Origin: Elusimicrobiota bacterium
Lineage (GTDB): Bacteria > Elusimicrobiota > Elusimicrobia > Elusimicrobiales > UBA9959
Length of the DNA: 64,000 bases
Assembly: GCA_037137395.1 (NCBI GenBank)
Contig: JBAXKK010000002.1
Span: forward strand, 31,881 to 95,880
Reading direction: 5' to 3'
Under the pieces are notes generated by a model. The model was not told where the DNA came from, searched no databases, and saw only the letters and a program-made list of their open reading frames with translations. Below are positions 51,902 to 61,797 of the stretch, one piece after another. How positions within the stretch are numbered: the first letter of the stretch is position 1; every line of letters begins with the position of its first letter. A program made the translations under genes and the position numbers.

Positions 51902-54349
51902 ATGTCAGAAAAAATAAATTTCCTGTCAGACGCTCAGCTTAAATCGGAGGCAGAGCGCTGTCTCTATTGCGAAGAAAAACCATGCAAGGCAGCCTGTCCC
52001 GCGGATTGCTCCCCGGCCGACTTCATAATGGCGGTACGTCAAATGGAAAAATCAGACTTCAAGAGGGCTGCCAAGCTGATAATGGGTCACAATACTTTCG
52101 GCGGGGTCTGCGGAGCCGTCTGCCCCGACTGGTTCTGCGTGAAAGCCTGCTCTAGAAAACTTTTCGACAATCCGATCAATATTCCCGCCGTCCAAGCCGC
52201 AATTGTGCAGAAGGCTAAAAAAATGGGAGTGATGCCAAAGTTTAAGAAGGCCGGTTCCACCGGTAAAAAGGTCGCCGTAATAGGCGCGGGACCGGCGGGC
52301 TTCGCCGCGGCCGCGACCCTCGCCCAGCTGGGCTATAAAGTGGATGTTTTCGAGAAGGATAAAAAGGCGGGCGGCGCCTGCAATCTGATACCGGACGCTC
52401 GCTTCCCCAAGGAAGTCCTACGCACTGAAATAGAATTTGTAAAAACTCTGGGCGATATCCGTGTTAAAACAGGTGCGGCCGTCAAAAACCCCGCTTCCCT
52501 GCTTAAGAAGTATGACGCGATTATAGTCACCGCAGGGGTGGAAAAGCAGATAAAACTGAACATCGAGAACGAAAACCTCGGTGTGGAAGGCCTGGAATAC
52601 CTTCGCAACACCTCCAAATACAAAGTAAAGGGCAAAAATGTGGGCGTAATAGGCGGCGGCGCCGTAGCAGCCGACTGCGCCATGAAGGCGCTGGAACTGG
52701 GCGCGGCCAAGGCGGAGATTTTCACCCGCAAGAATATAGGCGATATACAGCTGCCGGAACGGGAATTGCGCGACATACTCAAGGCAGGGATCAACATAAA
52801 CGCCAAGAGCCGCCTCACGGGGATACTAAAAGCCGGGAAAGGAATAAGAGTTGTGCGCCTCGACAACAAGGCTAAAGATATCCCGGGCACTGAACAGGCA
52901 CGCGCGGATATAAACTTTGTTGTGCTAGCCATAAAAAACACACCTGTCTTTGACGACCAAAAGCAGAAGGGAGTGTTTCTCGCCGGCGACTGCCGCAATG
53001 GGGCCGCGACCGTGGTGGAGGGCGTCGCTTCCGGCAAGAACGCCGCCATGGAAGCCCATACTTTTATGCAAGGCAAGAAACCCCCATCTATTCCCAACAA
53101 CCTTAAAAGCGTTACTATTCTTAAGGGCAGAGATATGCTGCCGGTTGATCTGACCACGGACTTTTTCGGCCGCAAGATCCGTTCCCCCTTCATCATCTCA
53201 GCCTCTCCCCATTCCGACGGCTACGACCAGGTGAAGCTGGCCTACGAGGCAGGTTGGCCCGGCGTGGTGATGAAAACCGCCTTCGACGGCCTGGATATAC
53301 ATATTCCTGCGGAGTACATGGTCACGTTCAGCGATTCAACTTACGGTAATTCCGACAATGTTTCAGGCCACGCGCTTGACCGCGTGTGCCGGGAAGTGGC
53401 GAAACTCGTAAAAGAATATCCGGATCGCCTGACTGCGGCTTCCACAGGCGGACCTGTTACCGGCAACGACGAAGCTGACCGCAAGGTCTGGCAGTCCAAC
53501 ACGTTAAAGCTTGAGCGCGCCGGCGCTATGGCTGTTGAATATTCTTTATCCTGCCCGCAGGGCGGAGACGGAACAAAAGGCGACATCGTCTCCCAGGACC
53601 CGGAATTGGCTGCCAAGATTATCGGCTGGGTTATGGAAGTCTCAGACCCGGAAGTTCCAAAATTATTTAAACTGACCGGAGCCGTAACCGCCATCTACCA
53701 GATAGTGGACGCCATACGCAAAGTCTACGATAAATATCCGCACAAGAAGGCCGGCATCACGCTGGCCAACTCCTTCCCGGCGCTCGCTTTCCGAAAAGGC
53801 GTCGGCACATGGGACGAAGGAATGATAGTGGGGATGAGCGGCGATGGCGTAACGCCCATCAGCAATCTGACTATTTCCAAGGCTTCAAAGCTCAATGTTC
53901 CGATTTCCGGTAACGGCGGGCCCATGGATTACAAAGCCGCGGCCCACTTTCTGGCCCTGGGCGCCAGGTCAGTGCAGTTCTGCACTATCGTGATGAAGTA
54001 CGGCTTTGGGATAATTGATGAACTGAACTGGGGCCTCAGCCACCTGCTTGAGGAAAAGGGCCTTAAATCTGTGGACGAGCTTATCGGCATAGCGCTGCCA
54101 AAACCCGTCACGGACTTTATGGATCTGTCTCCGGTAAAGGGCATTCCGGAGTCCGACGGAGAGCTCTGCATGCACTGCGGAAATTGTCTCCGCTGCGGCT
54201 ACCTGGCAATAAGCCTCGACGGCAAGAAGGTCCCCAAGGCTGACGCCTCAAAATGCGTAGGGTGTTCCCTTTGCGTTAAAAAGTGCTTCGCCGGCGCGCT
54301 GAAGATGCGAAAGCGCACCCCGGCCGAACAGGCGCGGACGCCTGAATAA
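51902..54349 (+). CDS. fused GltD/PreT-like NAD(P)H flavoprotein plus PreA/dihydropyrimidine-dehydrogenase-like TIM barrel plus 2x[4Fe-4S] (YgfK/DPD-like)
   Basis: Start at MSEKINF. N-terminal Cys clusters, VAVIGAGPAGFAAA and VGVIGGGAVAADCA dinucleotide folds, DHODH-like barrel, and C-terminal CMHCGNC...CVGCSLC. Confidence 0.8.
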   Translation: MSEKINFLSDAQLKSEAERCLYCEEKPCKAACPADCSPADFIMAVRQMEKSDFKRAAKLIMGHNTFGGVCGAVCPDWFCVKACSRKLFDNPINIPAVQAAIVQKAKKMGVMPKFKKAGSTGKKVAVIGAGPAGFAAAATLAQLGYKVDVFEKDKKAGGACNLIPDARFPKEVLRTEIEFVKTLGDIRVKTGAAVKNPASLLKKYDAIIVTAGVEKQIKLNIENENLGVEGLEYLRNTSKYKVKGKNVGVIGGGAVAADCAMKALELGAAKAEIFTRKNIGDIQLPERELRDILKAGININAKSRLTGILKAGKGIRVVRLDNKAKDIPGTEQARADINFVVLAIKNTPVFDDQKQKGVFLAGDCRNGAATVVEGVASGKNAAMEAHTFMQGKKPPSIPNNLKSVTILKGRDMLPVDLTTDFFGRKIRSPFIISASPHSDGYDQVKLAYEAGWPGVVMKTAFDGLDIHIPAEYMVTFSDSTYGNSDNVSGHALDRVCREVAKLVKEYPDRLTAASTGGPVTGNDEADRKVWQSNTLKLERAGAMAVEYSLSCPQGGDGTKGDIVSQDPELAAKIIGWVMEVSDPEVPKLFKLTGAVTAIYQIVDAIRKVYDKYPHKKAGITLANSFPALAFRKGVGTWDEGMIVGMSGDGVTPISNLTISKASKLNVPISGNGGPMDYKAAAHFLALGARSVQFCTIVMKYGFGIIDELNWGLSHLLEEKGLKSVDELIGIALPKPVTDFMDLSPVKGIPESDGELCMHCGNCLRCGYLAISLDGKKVPKADASKCVGCSLCVKKCFAGALKMRKRTPAEQARTPE

Positions 54350-54386
54350 TGAAAAGGACCAATCCTCTTATCTGTAAGGATTTATT

Positions 54387-55712
54387 ATGAAAAAAAATAT
54401 CCTGATTAAAAATGCGACAATAGCCACGCTGGGCGCGACCAACAGGCTGCTTAAAAACCACGCCATCCTGGTGGAAGACGGCCTGATAAAAAAAATAGCC
54501 CCGCAGAAGTCTTTTAAAGGAAAATACTCGAAAGTTATAGACGGCGCCGGCAAGCTGGCCATGCCGGGTTTTATCAACGCCCACATGCACTTCTATAGCA
54601 CCTTCGCCAGAGGGCTCGGCAAGGCCGCTCCTTCCAGGAACTTCACCGAGATACTTGAGAATCTCTGGTGGCGCCTGGACAAGAAACTTACCAATGCCGA
54701 TTCATATTATAGCGCGGTCATCCCGCTCATGGACGCCGTGAGGAAAGGCACTACCACGCTGATAGATCATCACGCCAGCCCTTTCGCGGTAAAAGGCTCG
54801 CTTAAAGCCATAGAAAAAGCCGTAAGGGAAACCGGCCTGAGAGCCTCGCTCTGCTACGAGCTTTCCGACCGGGACGGCAAGGATATCGCGCAGGCGGGGC
54901 TTGAAGAGAACACTGAATTCATAAAATACGCCGCCTCTCTAGACGACAACACCATTAAGGCGATGTTCGGCCTGCATGCTTCCTTTACCGTGACCGACGC
55001 CACGCTTGAAGAAGCCGCCTATCGCGGCCACACTTTAAAAGCCGGCTTCCATATCCACACGGCCGAGTCTCAGGCCGACCAGCTCTACGCAGAAGCGCAT
55101 TACAAGATGCGGGTGGTTGAACGTCTGGAGGGTTTCGGCATCCTGGGCCCCAAGTCAATCGCCGCACATTGCGTACACATAAACGAAAAAGAAATGGAGA
55201 TCCTGGCCCGCACGCATACCGCGGTGGTCCACAATCCCCAGTCCAACGCCAACAACGCGGTAGGCATCGCGGATATAGTCGCCATGGCGGGGAAGGGCGT
55301 GCTGGTAGGGCTGGGAACAGACGCGATGACGGTCAACATGCTGGAAGAGGTCCGCGCGGCGGTGTGGCTGCAGCACCTGAAACGCGACCCCTCGCAGGGG
55401 TTTGCGGAATCCGTGTCAGCACTGCTCATGAACAACACAGAAATAGCAAACCGGCAGTTCAAGGATGTGGGAATACTTAAAGAAGGATACTGCGCGGACA
55501 TCATACTGCTGGACTACTACCCGCCAACCCCGCTTGAAGCTGATAATTTCTACGGCCATTTGGTGTTCGGCCTTTCCCAAAGCGCCGTGGACACCACCAT
55601 AGCCGCGGGTCGCGTTCTGATGGAGAATAAAAAGCTCAAGCTGGACATAGACGAAGAAGAAGTTTCAAGAAAATCGGCGGAGCTGGCCAAAAAACTCTGG
55701 AGCAGGTTTTAG
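54387..55712 (+). CDS. ssnA: SsnA-like amidohydrolase
   Basis: 441 aa. INAHMHFYST and HTAES motifs. Position immediately after the YgfK-like gene mirrors E. coli ygfK-ssnA. Confidence 0.7.
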   Translation: MKKNILIKNATIATLGATNRLLKNHAILVEDGLIKKIAPQKSFKGKYSKVIDGAGKLAMPGFINAHMHFYSTFARGLGKAAPSRNFTEILENLWWRLDKKLTNADSYYSAVIPLMDAVRKGTTTLIDHHASPFAVKGSLKAIEKAVRETGLRASLCYELSDRDGKDIAQAGLEENTEFIKYAASLDDNTIKAMFGLHASFTVTDATLEEAAYRGHTLKAGFHIHTAESQADQLYAEAHYKMRVVERLEGFGILGPKSIAAHCVHINEKEMEILARTHTAVVHNPQSNANNAVGIADIVAMAGKGVLVGLGTDAMTVNMLEEVRAAVWLQHLKRDPSQGFAESVSALLMNNTEIANRQFKDVGILKEGYCADIILLDYYPPTPLEADNFYGHLVFGLSQSAVDTTIAAGRVLMENKKLKLDIDEEEVSRKSAELAKKLWSRF

Positions 55713-55750
55713 CTCTAATTACCACGCCCCCCGGCCCGAAACCTTTTCGC

Positions 55751-56755
55751 CTAAAATGTCTGGGTAACTTTGTTCAGACCTTTGGGATTGTCGGGGTTCA
55801 GGCCTTTTGCGATGGCCAGGTGCAGGGCTATGAGTTTTATTTCTATGTCGGCCAACAGGCAGTTAAAAGGAAAATTTCCCTTCGACGGCGCTATAACATG
55901 GTAAGGTGTATTTCTGTCGTTTAACGCCATCCTCACCTTCTCAACATCGTCCGGCAGCTCTCTGGAGGGGCTGAGGAGAAACACAAAATCTTTTGAAGTA
56001 TAGGCGCCGACCGGCCCATGCAGGAACTCAGCTGCAGAATAGCCTAAGGCGTGCGCCTTGGCCATTTCCCTGAACTTCAGAGCTGAATCGTCAGCCACGG
56101 CGTTATACGGCCCGCGCCCGACGAAGCCTATCACTCCGGCTTTTCTGAGCTTTGGCCAGAAGTTCTCTGCCGACGGATCAAAACCAGAGGCTAGGAACTC
56201 CCGGATGAGCGAGATTGTGCCGCTGAAATCTCTGGCTTTGAAACAGCCGGTCCAAAGTTGCGCCGTCCACAAAACAACCCAGAGCTGCAGAATAAAACTC
56301 TTTGTAGCCGCCACGGGAACCTCTTTCGAGCTTGAAAGAAGAATATGGGTATCGGCCAGCCGGGCAAGCGGGTTAGCCTTCAGGTCAGCCTCGTTGGTAA
56401 CAGCCACACCTTTCGCCCCCCAGGTTATCAGTTTTTTAAGGACCGCGATTATATCCGAACTTTTGCCGGACTGCGAAAAAGCCCACACTGCCTGATTGCT
56501 GAAATGCAGGGGAACTTTCGCCTCAAAGATGGAATGCGGGTGGATGAAATTAGTGATTACGCCTGAATATCCCTCCCAGATATACTTGGCGAAAAGGGTG
56601 GCGTTGCCGGAAGACCCGCGGCCCGCCAAATATACAACCTTGTCTTTAGACCTTAAGACGGCAGCCTGAAGTCCGGGCGCACGCCTGGAAAAATCCTCCA
56701 GCAGGGCCGGAATTTCCATTATATCTTTATAGGTCAGCGTATCCTGATATTTCAT
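55751..56755 (-). CDS. double-SIS-domain sugar-phosphate isomerase/deglycase-like protein (GlmS C-terminal, AgaS or FrlB type)
   Basis: 334 aa. GRGSSGNA and SQSGKSSD SIS motifs. Confidence 0.7.
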   Translation of the reverse strand: MKYQDTLTYKDIMEIPALLEDFSRRAPGLQAAVLRSKDKVVYLAGRGSSGNATLFAKYIWEGYSGVITNFIHPHSIFEAKVPLHFSNQAVWAFSQSGKSSDIIAVLKKLITWGAKGVAVTNEADLKANPLARLADTHILLSSSKEVPVAATKSFILQLWVVLWTAQLWTGCFKARDFSGTISLIREFLASGFDPSAENFWPKLRKAGVIGFVGRGPYNAVADDSALKFREMAKAHALGYSAAEFLHGPVGAYTSKDFVFLLSPSRELPDDVEKVRMALNDRNTPYHVIAPSKGNFPFNCLLADIEIKLIALHLAIAKGLNPDNPKGLNKVTQTF

Positions 56756-57597
56756 TCGCCTGTCACCTTGCGCTTCATTTCCCTCAGCGCTCGCATATTA
56801 TCTTCGATGTCCTTTAGATCCATTCCCGTGCGGCCGTAATGGGCGTGCTCTATAGGGGAATCCGGGCAGATGTAGGTGCCGCGCCGCACCCCCTTGGAAT
56901 CCTTCTCAAGCCCCAGCCAGATAAGCCAGGGGTAAAGATCCTTAAAATCTTTCACTATCAATTCGGCGCCGCTGCGCGCCAGAAGATTCTGATCTCCGAA
57001 ACCGTCCATAACGGCGGCGGAATGGTAGCCCGCGTCTTTGGCAGCAAAAACATCCAGATGCGTGTCGCCTATCACATAAACATCGGCCGGCCTTATCTTG
57101 GCACGCAGCAGCTTTTCCGCCCGCTCTACGGCTTTCACAAGGACCCGACTCCTGATATGAGAATCGCAGCCGTACCCGCCGAAGGCGAAGTACTTCTTTA
57201 AACCGGAGGGTTCAAGCTTTATAAACGCTCCCTCGCGCAGGTTGCCGGTCCCAAGGCCCACCATAACGTCCTTACGCTTAGAAAGCAGCACCAACAGCTT
57301 TTCCACACCGTTTAGCTTGGAATAATTTTTAGATTTTATAGACTGCTTCACTTCCGCAGGCAGGAAACCGAGATATTTAAGTTCCAGGTCCCGAAATTGT
57401 TTGGCGGTAGGCTTTTTACCGCAAGCATGTTTAAAGGCCGTGGTGAAATTTTCCTTATCAGTAGCGCCCTGCAGCGAAAACTTGTCGCAGATATTATCCG
57501 CGCCGCACATTTCCTTTACCGCTTTATTGAGACCTCTGGCCCCGGCTCCGCCGGCCTTTATAAGCGTGCCGTCAATGTCAAAAAGAACTATTTTCAT
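56752..57597 (-). CDS. HAD-superfamily hydrolase with C-terminal extension
   Basis: MKIVLFDIDGTL motif I and GDTHLDVFAAKDAG motif IV. The track ORF starts 6 nt upstream at 57603. Confidence 0.7.
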   Translation of the reverse strand: MKIVLFDIDGTLIKAGGAGARGLNKAVKEMCGADNICDKFSLQGATDKENFTTAFKHACGKKPTAKQFRDLELKYLGFLPAEVKQSIKSKNYSKLNGVEKLLVLLSKRKDVMVGLGTGNLREGAFIKLEPSGLKKYFAFGGYGCDSHIRSRVLVKAVERAEKLLRAKIRPADVYVIGDTHLDVFAAKDAGYHSAAVMDGFGDQNLLARSGAELIVKDFKDLYPWLIWLGLEKDSKGVRRGTYICPDSPIEHAHYGRTGMDLKDIEDNMRALREMKRKVTGE

Positions 57598-58831
57598 AAG
57601 CAATGCTTCCTTTTTTTATAGTCATCTTATTCAAATTCGCTCCAAAATAATAGCATAACTCACGGTAATCCGAAGCGTCAAAGACTGCGATGTCGGCCTG
57701 TTTGCCGGATTCTATTGACCCCAGACGGTTCCCGGCCTTCAGGGCGCAGGCCCCATTGATCGTAGCGGCGCAAAGCGCCTGCTCCGGAGTCATTTGCATA
57801 TGGGTGCAGGCCGCGGAAAGCACCATCTGCATGTTCCAGCAGGGAGAGGTGCCGGGATTAAAATCAGTGGCCAGAGCCACCGGCACGCCTTCAGATATAA
57901 AAGTTCTCGCGTCCGGATATTTTGAAAGCCCCAGAAAAAAATTGGAAGCAGGCAGCAGCGTGGCGACAGCTCCGGCGCGGCGCATAGCCCGCATATCCTT
58001 CTTTCGCGCATAGTCAACGTGATCCGCACTTACGACCCCCGCCTTTGCTCCTGCGATGGCGCCGCCGGAATTAGAGAGCTGTTCGGCGTGGATCTTGGGG
58101 ATAAGACCGGCGGCCTTGCAGGCGTTAAGATACTTCAGGCTTTCTTCAGGTGTGAAATATCCTTTTTCGCAAAACATGTCGGCAAAAATCGCCAGCTTAT
58201 TTAAAACAACCTCCGGAACTATTTCAGCGAGCACATACCGCAAATATTTTCCCGAATCTCCGAATTCCGGCGGCACCGCGTGCGCGGACATTAGAGTCGG
58301 CAGCATCTCCAAGGGTGTGCGGGCGCAAGCGGCTTTTACAGCCTTAAGGGTTTTGAGCTCCGAAGCTTTATTCAGGCCGTAACCTGTCTTCACTTCTATC
58401 GTGCCTGTGCCGCATTCGAGAAACCGCGATGCGCGCTCCACCAGTTGCGAAACCATCTTTGCAGGAGACTGATTACGCACGGCCCGAACGCTTGAGAGTA
58501 TCCCCCCGCCCCGCGCCTTTATCTCGGAGTAGGTAGAGCCCTGAGTGCGCAGCGAAAAATCCCGCAGCCGCGGTTCGGCGAAAACGGCGTGAGTGTGGCT
58601 GTCCACGAAGGCTGGCAGGGCCACGCCTCCAACTTTTCTGGCGCGGGCCTTGTTTGCAAGCGGATGGCGCATAACCTCTTTTTCCGTACCGGCGGACCTG
58701 ATAAGCCCGTTCTCGATGAGAATAGCGCCGTTCCGGACGAGACCGATAGCGCACTGTTCTCTGCCTGAACGCGGCGCGGCGGCACCCTTGAAGGTTAGAA
58801 GCTGTTTGAAACCGGTGAGGAGTAATGCCAT
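57578..58831 (-). CDS. hutI: imidazolonepropionase
   Basis: 417 aa. FVDSHTH, HAEQL and TDFNPG motifs. Confidence 0.88.
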   Translation of the reverse strand: MALLLTGFKQLLTFKGAAAPRSGREQCAIGLVRNGAILIENGLIRSAGTEKEVMRHPLANKARARKVGGVALPAFVDSHTHAVFAEPRLRDFSLRTQGSTYSEIKARGGGILSSVRAVRNQSPAKMVSQLVERASRFLECGTGTIEVKTGYGLNKASELKTLKAVKAACARTPLEMLPTLMSAHAVPPEFGDSGKYLRYVLAEIVPEVVLNKLAIFADMFCEKGYFTPEESLKYLNACKAAGLIPKIHAEQLSNSGGAIAGAKAGVVSADHVDYARKKDMRAMRRAGAVATLLPASNFFLGLSKYPDARTFISEGVPVALATDFNPGTSPCWNMQMVLSAACTHMQMTPEQALCAATINGACALKAGNRLGSIESGKQADIAVFDASDYRELCYYFGANLNKMTIKKGSIAYENSSF

Positions 58832-58833
58832 AT

Positions 58834-58935
58834 AAAAAGTGGTTAGTGACTAGTGGCGAGTGTCAGTATTTGCAATCCAAATGTGAAGATAGCTGTCATG
58901 AAGAATACCCGAACCGACCGCTGTCCACTATAACG
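58834..58935. repeat. heptamer array NNNTAGT family (aaaaagt ggttagt gactagt ggcgagt gtcagta) with weak inverted arm
   Basis: Five units in exact phase at 58834-58868. Partial inverse words at 58916-58935. Confidence 0.75.
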
Positions 58936-58937
58936 CT

Positions 58938-59435
58938 TTATCTGAAGTTATCGAACTGCAGGGCTATGCCGAAGTCCTGTCCGCGCAGAATGGCCATCAC
59001 ATTCTGCAGCTCATCCTTGGACTTGGATGTTACGCGCAGCGTGTCGCCCTGTATTGAGATGTTAGCTTTTAATTTCTGTTCCTTCATGGCCTTAACTATT
59101 TCTTTCGCCTTGTCCTGCGGTATGCCCTGCTGTATCTTAACCGCCTGCTTGGCCGTCCCGCCAAGAGCGCTCTCTACTTTCTGCGGCTCGAAGTTTTTTA
59201 GCGGCAGGCCACGCTTTGAAAGCTTGGTGAGCAGCACATCATAAAGCGCTTTTACTTTATAATCGTCGCACGACTGCAGCATTATGCTGTTGTTTTTTTT
59301 ATCGAAGTTGATCTCCGACTTGGAATCTTTGAAGTCGTATCTGTTTATCACTTCCTTCATCGCGATCGCGATAGCCTCATCCACCACGGTGTACTCCACC
59401 TTTGAAACCACATCAAAACTGAATTCAGAAGCCAT
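58938..59435 (-). CDS. yajQ: YajQ family nucleotide/cyclic-di-GMP-binding protein (UPF0234)
   Basis: 165 aa. Full-length match to the YajQ pattern (FDVVSKV..., ...RYDFK..., ...LQFDNFR). Confidence 0.88.
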   Translation of the reverse strand: MASEFSFDVVSKVEYTVVDEAIAIAMKEVINRYDFKDSKSEINFDKKNNSIMLQSCDDYKVKALYDVLLTKLSKRGLPLKNFEPQKVESALGGTAKQAVKIQQGIPQDKAKEIVKAMKEQKLKANISIQGDTLRVTSKSKDELQNVMAILRGQDFGIALQFDNFR

Positions 59436-59449
59436 TATTTTTCTCCTTT

Positions 59450-60055
59450 TTATTTCTCAAGTTTTCTCTTTATCGATCGGGCCATGTCTGACAGCGCCTT
59501 GCTGACAGATTCCGCACTGTAATCTTTTTCGGAAGAGCAGCTAAGCAACACCCGCCCTGTGTTCACATCCACGAATTTAACAGTAAGCCCGCTGAAAATA
59601 GTGTTGGACTCCACTCTTATTTCGCCCGGAACCTGCCTGCCGCCCGTTTGAGGGCGGCGGCTCGCCTTGAAAGACCCGCGTGGCAATTTTACGCGCGGCG
59701 TTACCGTACGGATATTTTCCTGGCGCACGCGGTACGACCCCGTAACTACAGCGCTTACCCCGGCCAGCTTTCCCACCTGCGCGATAGCCTCCGGAGCCAT
59801 GGCCCCGGAAAGAGAAACTTTTTGTTCTTTAAGCACATTCTCCAGCTGCGCCCGCTCTGTTACTTCAAAACCGGCGTCCATCAGATAGGTGGTAAAAACT
59901 TCCGCCAGCGAGAGCCCGGTTTCTTCGTCCTTACCGCTGAACGGCATTACAGCCACGCGCCCTGACGCATCAAAATCCCCACGGATAACGGTCTTGACGC
60001 CGGCACCGCAGCCGGAAAAAAAGACTGCGGTTAAAACCAGCATAAAAACCTTCAT
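59450..60055 (-). CDS. lipoprotein with LpoB/CsgG/FlgO-like domain
   Basis: 201 aa. Lipobox [14 protein letters not shown]...[12 protein letters not shown]...AVVTGSY module paralogous to the N-domain of 42248..43573. ATGA overlap with the hutU stop. Confidence 0.55.
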   Translation of the reverse strand: MKVFMLVLTAVFFSGCGAGVKTVIRGDFDASGRVAVMPFSGKDEETGLSLAEVFTTYLMDAGFEVTERAQLENVLKEQKVSLSGAMAPEAIAQVGKLAGVSAVVTGSYRVRQENIRTVTPRVKLPRGSFKASRRPQTGGRQVPGEIRVESNTIFSGLTVKFVDVNTGRVLLSCSSEKDYSAESVSKALSDMARSIKRKLEK

Positions 60056-61719
60056 CGTCTTTCCCCCCGCATTGGTATTTTTACGCCGCTCTTTTCAGCG
60101 AAATCCGAGGCAAGTTTATAGCCCGCGTCGGCATGGCGCAGCACGCCCATGGCCGGATCGTTGGTGAGCACGCGCTCTAGGCGCAGGTCCATTTCTTTCG
60201 TGCCGTCCGCAACTATCACCTGGCCCGCGTGCAGGGAGTAGCCCATCCCCACTCCGCCGCCATGGTGAAAAGAAACCCAGCTGGCGCCCGAAGCCGTGTT
60301 CACAAGAGCGTTGAGTATAGGCCAGTCGGCTATGGCGTCGGAGCCGTCTTTCATGGCCTCGGTCTCGCGGTAGGGGCTGGCCACTGAGCCGGAGTCCAGG
60401 TGGTCGCGTCCTATAACGATCGGGGCCGAAATTTTACCGGAGCGCACCAGCTTATTAAGCTCCATGCCGAAGAGATGCCTCTCGCCGTAGCCAAGCCAGC
60501 AGATGCGGGAAGGGTAACCCTGAAATCTTACTTTTTTTGAAGCCATGTCTATCCAGCGCTTAAGGCCCTGGTTTTTTGGGAACATGTCCAGCGCCAGTTT
60601 ATCGGTTACGGCGATATCCTTAGGGTCGCCAGAAAGCGCCACCCAGCGGAACGGACCTTTTCCCTCGCAGAAAAGGTCACGGATATAGGCCGGCACAAAA
60701 CCGGGGAAATCATAGGCGTTCTTAACGCCCTGCTTAAAAGCCATGGTGCGGATATTGTTGCCGTAGTCAAAAGTTACGGCGCCCGCTTTCTGCAGCGCGA
60801 GCATCGCTTCCACATGTATGGCAATTGACTCCATAGCCAGGGCCGTATATCCTTTGGGGTCCTTGCGTCGCATTTCCACGGCGTCCTTCATGCTGAAACC
60901 CTTGGGCACATAGCCGTTAAGCGGATCATGCGCCGAGGTCTGATCCGTCAGAACGTCCACCTGAACCTTTCGCCTGACCATCTCCGGCAGAATTTCGGCG
61001 CAATTGCCCAGCAGCGCGATGGATAGGGGTTTTTTTTCTTTTATCGCTTTGCCGGCCATGGCCAAAGCCTCATCCAGCGAGGTCGCCATTACATCCACAT
61101 ATTTAGTATCCAGCCGCCGCCTGATCCGGGTCTCGTCAACCTCTATGATTATGGCCACGCCGTTATTCATGGTGATAGACAGCGGCTGGGCCCCGCTCAT
61201 GCCGCCAAGGCCGCCTGACACCACCAACTTTCCGGTCAGGTCGCTTTTAAAATGCTTTCTGGCGCAGGCCGCGAAAGTTTCATAAGTCCCCTGAAGTATT
61301 CCCTGCGTGCCGATATAGATCCACGAGCCGGCCGTCATCTGGCCGTACATCATCAGACCTTTCTTCTCCAGCTCGTCGAAAACTTCCCAGCTTGCCCAGT
61401 TGCCCACGAGATTGGAATTAGCCAGCAGCACTCGCGGCGCGTGCTCATGCGTCCTTACCACGCCAACCGGCTTGCCGGACTGCACCAGAAGGGTCTCGTC
61501 GTTCTCCAGAGCAGTCAGCGAACTGACTATGGCCCTGTAGCAGTCCCAGTTGCGCGCCGCTTTGCCGCGACCGCCATAGACCACCAGATCCTCCGGGCGT
61601 TCGGCCACATCCGGATCCAGATTATTCATAAGCATGCGCAAAGCCGCTTCCTGCTGCCAGCCCTTACATGTGATTTTGTTGCCTCTGGGGCCCCTGATGT
61701 TTTTAACCGGTGAACTCAT
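60052..61719 (-). CDS. hutU: urocanate hydratase
   Basis: 555 aa with near-canonical HutU sequence throughout ([16 protein letters not shown]). Confidence 0.95.
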   Translation of the reverse strand: MSSPVKNIRGPRGNKITCKGWQQEAALRMLMNNLDPDVAERPEDLVVYGGRGKAARNWDCYRAIVSSLTALENDETLLVQSGKPVGVVRTHEHAPRVLLANSNLVGNWASWEVFDELEKKGLMMYGQMTAGSWIYIGTQGILQGTYETFAACARKHFKSDLTGKLVVSGGLGGMSGAQPLSITMNNGVAIIIEVDETRIRRRLDTKYVDVMATSLDEALAMAGKAIKEKKPLSIALLGNCAEILPEMVRRKVQVDVLTDQTSAHDPLNGYVPKGFSMKDAVEMRRKDPKGYTALAMESIAIHVEAMLALQKAGAVTFDYGNNIRTMAFKQGVKNAYDFPGFVPAYIRDLFCEGKGPFRWVALSGDPKDIAVTDKLALDMFPKNQGLKRWIDMASKKVRFQGYPSRICWLGYGERHLFGMELNKLVRSGKISAPIVIGRDHLDSGSVASPYRETEAMKDGSDAIADWPILNALVNTASGASWVSFHHGGGVGMGYSLHAGQVIVADGTKEMDLRLERVLTNDPAMGVLRHADAGYKLASDFAEKSGVKIPMRGERR

Positions 61720-61797
61720 ATTTCTCCCTGAAACTGCACAATATTTATGCCTGCACTTTACACTTTTAACAACATCCCCTATCCCTTAAGGAACTAT

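Noticed and set aside
52333-53196. 287-aa minus-strand ORF.
   Set aside because: It is antisense to the flavoprotein domains of the DPD/YgfK-like gene and has Ser/Pro/Arg-rich composition.
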